Shown here: positions 58,798 through 64,000 of the stretch, piece by piece
How positions within the stretch are numbered: the first letter of the stretch is position 1
Layout of the letters: each line of letters begins with the position of its first letter
NCBI RefSeq assembly: GCF_026210795.1
Contig: NC_089431.1
Coordinates: 682,001-746,000 of the forward strand
DNA length: 64,000 nt
Direction: 5' to 3'
DNA from: Rhizophagus irregularis
Lineage: Eukaryota
Notes under the pieces: model-generated
What the model saw: the letters and a program-made list of their open reading frames with translations, nothing else
Database searches by the model: none
What the model was told of the DNA's origin: nothing
Made by a program: the position numbers and the translations under genes

Positions 58798-61700
58798 ATG
58801 TCTAACCCTCGAGCTGTTGCCAAATCTAATAGAACAAGAATAAGAACTAAAGTATACTGCTTTTGTAAAGAATGTAATGGCAAGTTAGTGGACCCAAGAA
58901 CGAAAACTAAACATGGGTTAAAATATAATATATCTTATGCGAATAATAATTTTAGTAACAATTATCAAGAAGCTGAGCCTTCTAATGCTAATCCATCTAA
59001 TAATTTTGGTGATGATTATCGAGAGGCTGGGCCTTCTGATGTTGGACAATATACTGACGATAATAATGCAATGGAATGCGAACCTTTACTCGAGATGATA
59101 CCTATACATGAATCGGCAAAACATAAATTCACAAAGAAAGGGAAAATATCTGATCACGTTCTTGAAAATTTATTACCGGATAACGGAAGAGATATGAATG
59201 ATGATCAAGATAGAGATTTTGAAGACTATGACGACGAAAATAGAGATTCTGAAAGTTTTGAAGATGATGACGAAGATGGTGTTTCTAGCGATTTTAAAGA
59301 TGATGACGAAGACAGTAATTTTGGAGATTTTGAAAGCGATGAAGAATATAGAGACTCTGAAGATTTTGAAGATGATGATGAGGAAGAAGTCAATTTTGCG
59401 TCAAAAGATTTTGACGATGGTGAACCAAAACTTCCTAATATCAACAATGATAATTATACCTGGATTATCTTATGGATATTACAATATCAACAAAGATATA
59501 AGCTTCCTAATGTTTCAATAGATTCTTTATTTAAATTTCTAAGGTTTTTTCTTTTAACGGTAGATGAAAATAAATTTTCATCTTTTCCTTCCTCCCTGTA
59601 CGTAGCCAAAAAAATATTGGGAATATCAATGAATATTATCAAATATGCCGCATGTAATAAATGTCACAAATTGTATGACATAAATGAAATATCAAACACA
59701 ACCGAAGTACCAACATGTAGTTTTATAAACTACCCGAATCATAGCATAGAAAGATTTCGACAAAAATGTAATAACCCTCTAGTCAAAAAAATAGACAGTA
59801 ATAAAGATGGTGGAAATAATCCAATTATCCGTCTGATAATGACATTTCCATTAGTTAACATTAGGCGCCAACTAACCCTATTTTTCAGTCGCAAAGATTT
59901 TGAGGTGACATGTCGAAAGTGGGCAGAAAGGGAAAACGAAACTGAAGCCTTATTTGACATTTATGATGGGAGGATTTGGATGAGTTTTGAAGATGGCAAA
60001 GGAGAACCATTCTTCAAAAAAGAATACGCCGAAACTCATATCGGATTAATGCTAAACATGGATTGGTTTCAACCCTATATAAATTCCCAATATTCTGTCG
60101 GTGTAATATATGCCGTTATTTGTAACTTACCCCGAAGCGAACGTTTCAAGCCCTACAATATTCTCACACTAGCAGTTATACCCGGTCCTAAAGAGCCAAA
60201 GAAACATGAAATCAACAATTACTTATACCCCATCATAAATCAGCTGAATCGGTTATGGGAAGGGTATCATATAAAAACCTACGAATATAACAACGGTCGT
60301 TTTATCCGTGGCGCGATAATAGGTTGTGCTAGTGACGTTCCTGCGACTCGAAAATTATGTGGTTTTATATCAGCTCGAATCGCATGTTATCGATGCTATA
60401 AATCAGCAAACTTGGTAAATAATCAACCCAATTTTGGTGGGTTTGAAGACATTGACGACTGGTTTGTTGAGAGAGATATTAATTTAATAAGGGAGAAGGC
60501 ACGTGAATGGAAGAAATGTGCAACCGAAGAATCGCGTAAGGCTCATGTCTCACAGTATCATGTTCGTTGGTCGGAAGTATACCAATTACCTTATTTTAAT
60601 TCTGTGCGCTTTTGCGTAGTTGATCCCATGCACTGCCTCTTTCTCGGGGTAGCAAAGTGGATTGTAATGAAGCTCTGGATCGACGAAGGTATATTAAATA
60701 ATGAAAAGCTCAAAATAATGCAAGAGCGAGCCGACTTGATAAAATTTCCAAGTGACCTCGGTCGCCGTCCCGTTAGAATAGCCACTGGCGACGGCTTTTC
60801 AAATTTTACGGCGGACATGTGGAAGACGTTTGTTCTAATTTTTGCAATACCTATCACATGGAATCTCTTGGGAGAGATCGATCGAAAAATTCTTGCTTAT
60901 TTCGTACGTTCCTGTAAAATTTTAACAAATCGGGAACTACAAAAAAGTGATCTAAACGAAGCATTTACAAAACTACTCGAAATGAATAAATTAATTGAAA
61001 AAAAATACGGACAAAAAAAAATAAGCCCAAATCTTCATTTATGCCTTCACATATGTGAATGCGCTTTAGATTATGGACCTTTATCCTCATTTTGGTGTTT
61101 TAGCTTCGAACGAATGAACGGAATTCTAGGTATGATATATTAATTTCGCCGATTTGAAAATCGTATTGTTTTTTTTAATTTATACAGATTGACCAATTTA
61201 TTTCTTAAGAACATAGGATCGTATAAAAATAGCAAACGTAACATTGAACCAGAGCTATTAAAAATAATGGTTGAAAGTTCCTTTTTAAACTATTACCTCA
61301 CAAATTGCGATAGCAATATATTAAACACCACTTTGGACATTATAAAGCCTAGAAAATCTGCAGGAAGCTTGGCTGCACTTGACGATTTTACAAGTGATGA
61401 GTATCAAAATTTTCTGAGGCTTTCACTTATCGAAAATGAATCGGCTTATGGAACAGAACGTTTTCCCGGGTTGTTAATGAAACCGCGCCAAGAAACATGT
61501 CTTCCAAACCGCGTCTTGGACTTACTGGTTGAGTTTTATAATAGTTTGTATGAAGAACATTTCGTCCCCATTTATTCTATAACGGGTCCAAATAACGATA
61601 TTGTTGTAATTTCCAAAATTATACAATACGGTAGAATAAGAATTGGGGCGGATATATTTGGTTCCATTCAGGCAGCTCGTCATGAGAAATCATCATACAT

Positions 61701-62061
61701 ATTAGCTCGTTTTGAGCAGGAAGATGGAACTATAGACACATACCCCGGTCAAGTTCAATTTTATTTTGAACATACTATTTATTTAAAAAATTCATCATCA
61801 TTAACTCATTCGCTAGCACTAGTTAAATGGTACAGGCCGGCCCAAGATCATAGGACAAGATATTTTTGTCAAGTAGACGATGACATAAAATCATGTAATA
61901 TAGAATTATGGACAAATGGGTTTTATGATATGAGTCGAGATAGTATTATACCGGTACATCATATATTAGGAAAATTTATAAAATGTGATTTTAATATTGG
62001 AACGAGAAAGATAAAAGAATATATGGCCATGATTCCTTTAAATAAAAAAATTTCATTTTAA
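58798..62061 (+). CDS. CACTA/EnSpm Tnp2-family transposase, apparently intact, 2 exons
   Basis: DIYDGRIW, LMLNMDWFQP, ICNLPRSER, IPGPKEP, ASDVPATRKLCGF, VVDPMHCLFLG and PNLHLCLHI..DYGPLSSFWCFSFERMNG. The intron 61130-61216 (GTATGA...ATAG) joins the two ORFs in frame. Confidence 0.93.
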
Positions 62062-62224
62062 AAAACAAATGAATCTTATATAAAATTGTTTATATGTAAA
62101 TCGGAATGACGAATTTGAATTATATAACATTTGTATTTGATTAAATTATAACTAATTTTTTTTATTAAAGGATATATCATATTTTTATTATATTATTATT
62201 ATATTATTGTTACATATATTATAT

Positions 62225-64000
62225 TTATAAAACTACTAAAGGGTTATTATCGTTGTTGTTGTTGTTGTTGTCATCGAATTCGTTGTTATTATTATTGCCA
62301 CTATTGTTATTATTGTCATCCTCATCATTATTGTCATCATTATTATTATTGTCATCATTATTATTATTGTCATCATTATTATTATTGTCATCATTATTAT
62401 TATTGTCATCATTATTATCGCCACCTTCATTATGACTTTCATTGCTGTCTTCGCTGTCTTCGCTGTCTTCGCTAACTGGCGCCCAGGTGGAAGAAATCCA
62501 CCAGTCTGGCATTATTTCTGTCGGTCTACTTTTATTATCGATGACATTATCTAAACGATGACGCATACGGATTAGACCAGTTCCAATACTCTCCCCGATT
62601 TCATCCGCCCTACTTAGAATTCTCCTAATCTAATTAAAAAAAAAATATTATTTATAAATGTTATATTGATAAAGAAATAACTTTACATACTCTCGTAGAT
62701 TTCCATTTTTTTTCATGTATTTTGATTACAGAATTCGATTTATCTAAACGTTCTGGTCTTTTCTCTAGATTTTTTTTCATTGTTGGCAAGATTTTCATCT
62801 TCCGATGACCACTCATCGGAATGAAGTTCCGAGATCACTACAATTTTTTCACAATCTTTCATGTACTCGTCCCAGGTAATTTCTTGAGGTTTGCAGTCAT
62901 TTAAAACCTTGTCTTTTGTGTTAATCATGTGTTGTAAACCGCGTTTACGTCACGTCATTTTCTGTTAAAAAGTTAATTAATAGTTAATTAATAATGTTAA
63001 TTGATTGCATAGACAATTAGAAATAATTGACAAATTTTGCATTTTATTAAATTTCGTACTTGGTCTCGCCGAGAAGTCATATGTTGACGTCTACTGTGCG
63101 TATCTAATTTGCCATCCTGGGTTATTTTCCAGATATCTCGGCGAGACTTATGAAGCTGTTTGATTACATTAACAATCTCGGTATCGTATACTTCAATCGA
63201 TGGATTCATTGCCGCTTTTACCGCTGGTAAAAGTTTTTTGTTTATTGATTTCTTCTGGTCACTAAACGTTTGTGAAACATCAAACGAAATTCTGGAACCT
63301 AAATTATTAATGATTTGAACAACTTCATCCTATTTAAAATAATAATGAATATGATTAAAGATTATAAAAGATAAATATTTTATAATAGAGGTGTAACTTA
63401 CACGAAGTGTTTTTTTAAAGCCTGGAGTCATTGGTGATAGTTTTTTTCCTTTATTTCTGCTTATTACGGGTGATAGACTTCGATTAACACTTGTTGTTAT
63501 ACTCGCGATCGTCTTATCACTGGAATGGCTGGAGTTACTGCCTGTCAAAGCCTCCAGTCGACTAGACAATTGTGATACCGCGCTTTTTAGTTCTTGAATT
63601 TCTTGATTTAATAATTTTATAATAGGAAAAACAGTTATGCAAAGAAGCGCGAAGTTGATGAAGCGATGATATGAATGGGTCCTCACCTAAAGATTGCGAA
63701 GATTGCTCTTCTTGATGATGTTGCTGTTGTCCACCTATCAGAAGTTAATAAAATATTATAAATTTATTATATTTTTAATTGATTTGATAATAATATATAT
63801 ATATAACCACCTTCCGATAAATCCGGCAAATTTCCTATTATTTTACAAGTAATTAGTACAGGTCATATTAAATATAATTTCAATAAAAATATAAATAATA
63901 ATACTTTTTGTTAACGATCTCCCCCTAGAGGGGAGAGAGGATTGTTGAGAATGAGAATTGGAAGAACGAGAATGATAATGATGTCGACGTCGACGAGAGT
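62225..64000 (-). pseudogene. Second copy of the multi-exon transposon accessory gene, convergent with the transposase; 5' end off the window
   Basis: MNPSIEVYDTEIVNVIKQLHKSRRDIW...QHMTSRRDQ, KMT*RKRGLQHMI, SELHSDEWSSEDE, PDWWISS and a D/N-rich tail. In-frame TGA at 62952-62950. Confidence 0.65.

Overview
AT-rich eukaryotic DNA with short GT-AG introns, inferred to be an arbuscular mycorrhizal fungus (Glomeromycotina, Rhizophagus-like). About 1-14.3 kb is a block of spliced host genes: NOL1/NOP2/Sun methyltransferase, S9 peptidase, NIPA Mg2+ transporter, EF-hand protein, an isochorismatase interrupted by a MITE, and a frameshifted tyrosine-kinase-like gene. About 15-24 kb holds a probable Helitron end with a 172-bp tandem array, an orphan 5-exon gene and small TIR elements. 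About 24.6-64 kb is a nested transposon stack. A CACTA/CMC-type transposase is split by a young, full-length Ty3/Gypsy element with unusual features: an RT-RNase H fused to a P-loop nucleotide-kinase domain, a UGA-CUA gag/protease junction, a separate integrase ORF and a stand-alone mini-capsid ORF. The same transposase is cut by an intronless, compact element of about 9.4 kb. That element encodes a Polinton/Maverick-type family B DNA polymerase and rve integrase, a retrotransposon-type Gag-zinc knuckle-aspartic protease polyprotein with no reverse transcriptase, an asfarvirus B263R-like TBP and an F-box protein, and is the best candidate for an undescribed system. It is truncated on the right by further CACTA-like DNA. 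All homology calls come from motif recognition by eye, not from database searches.
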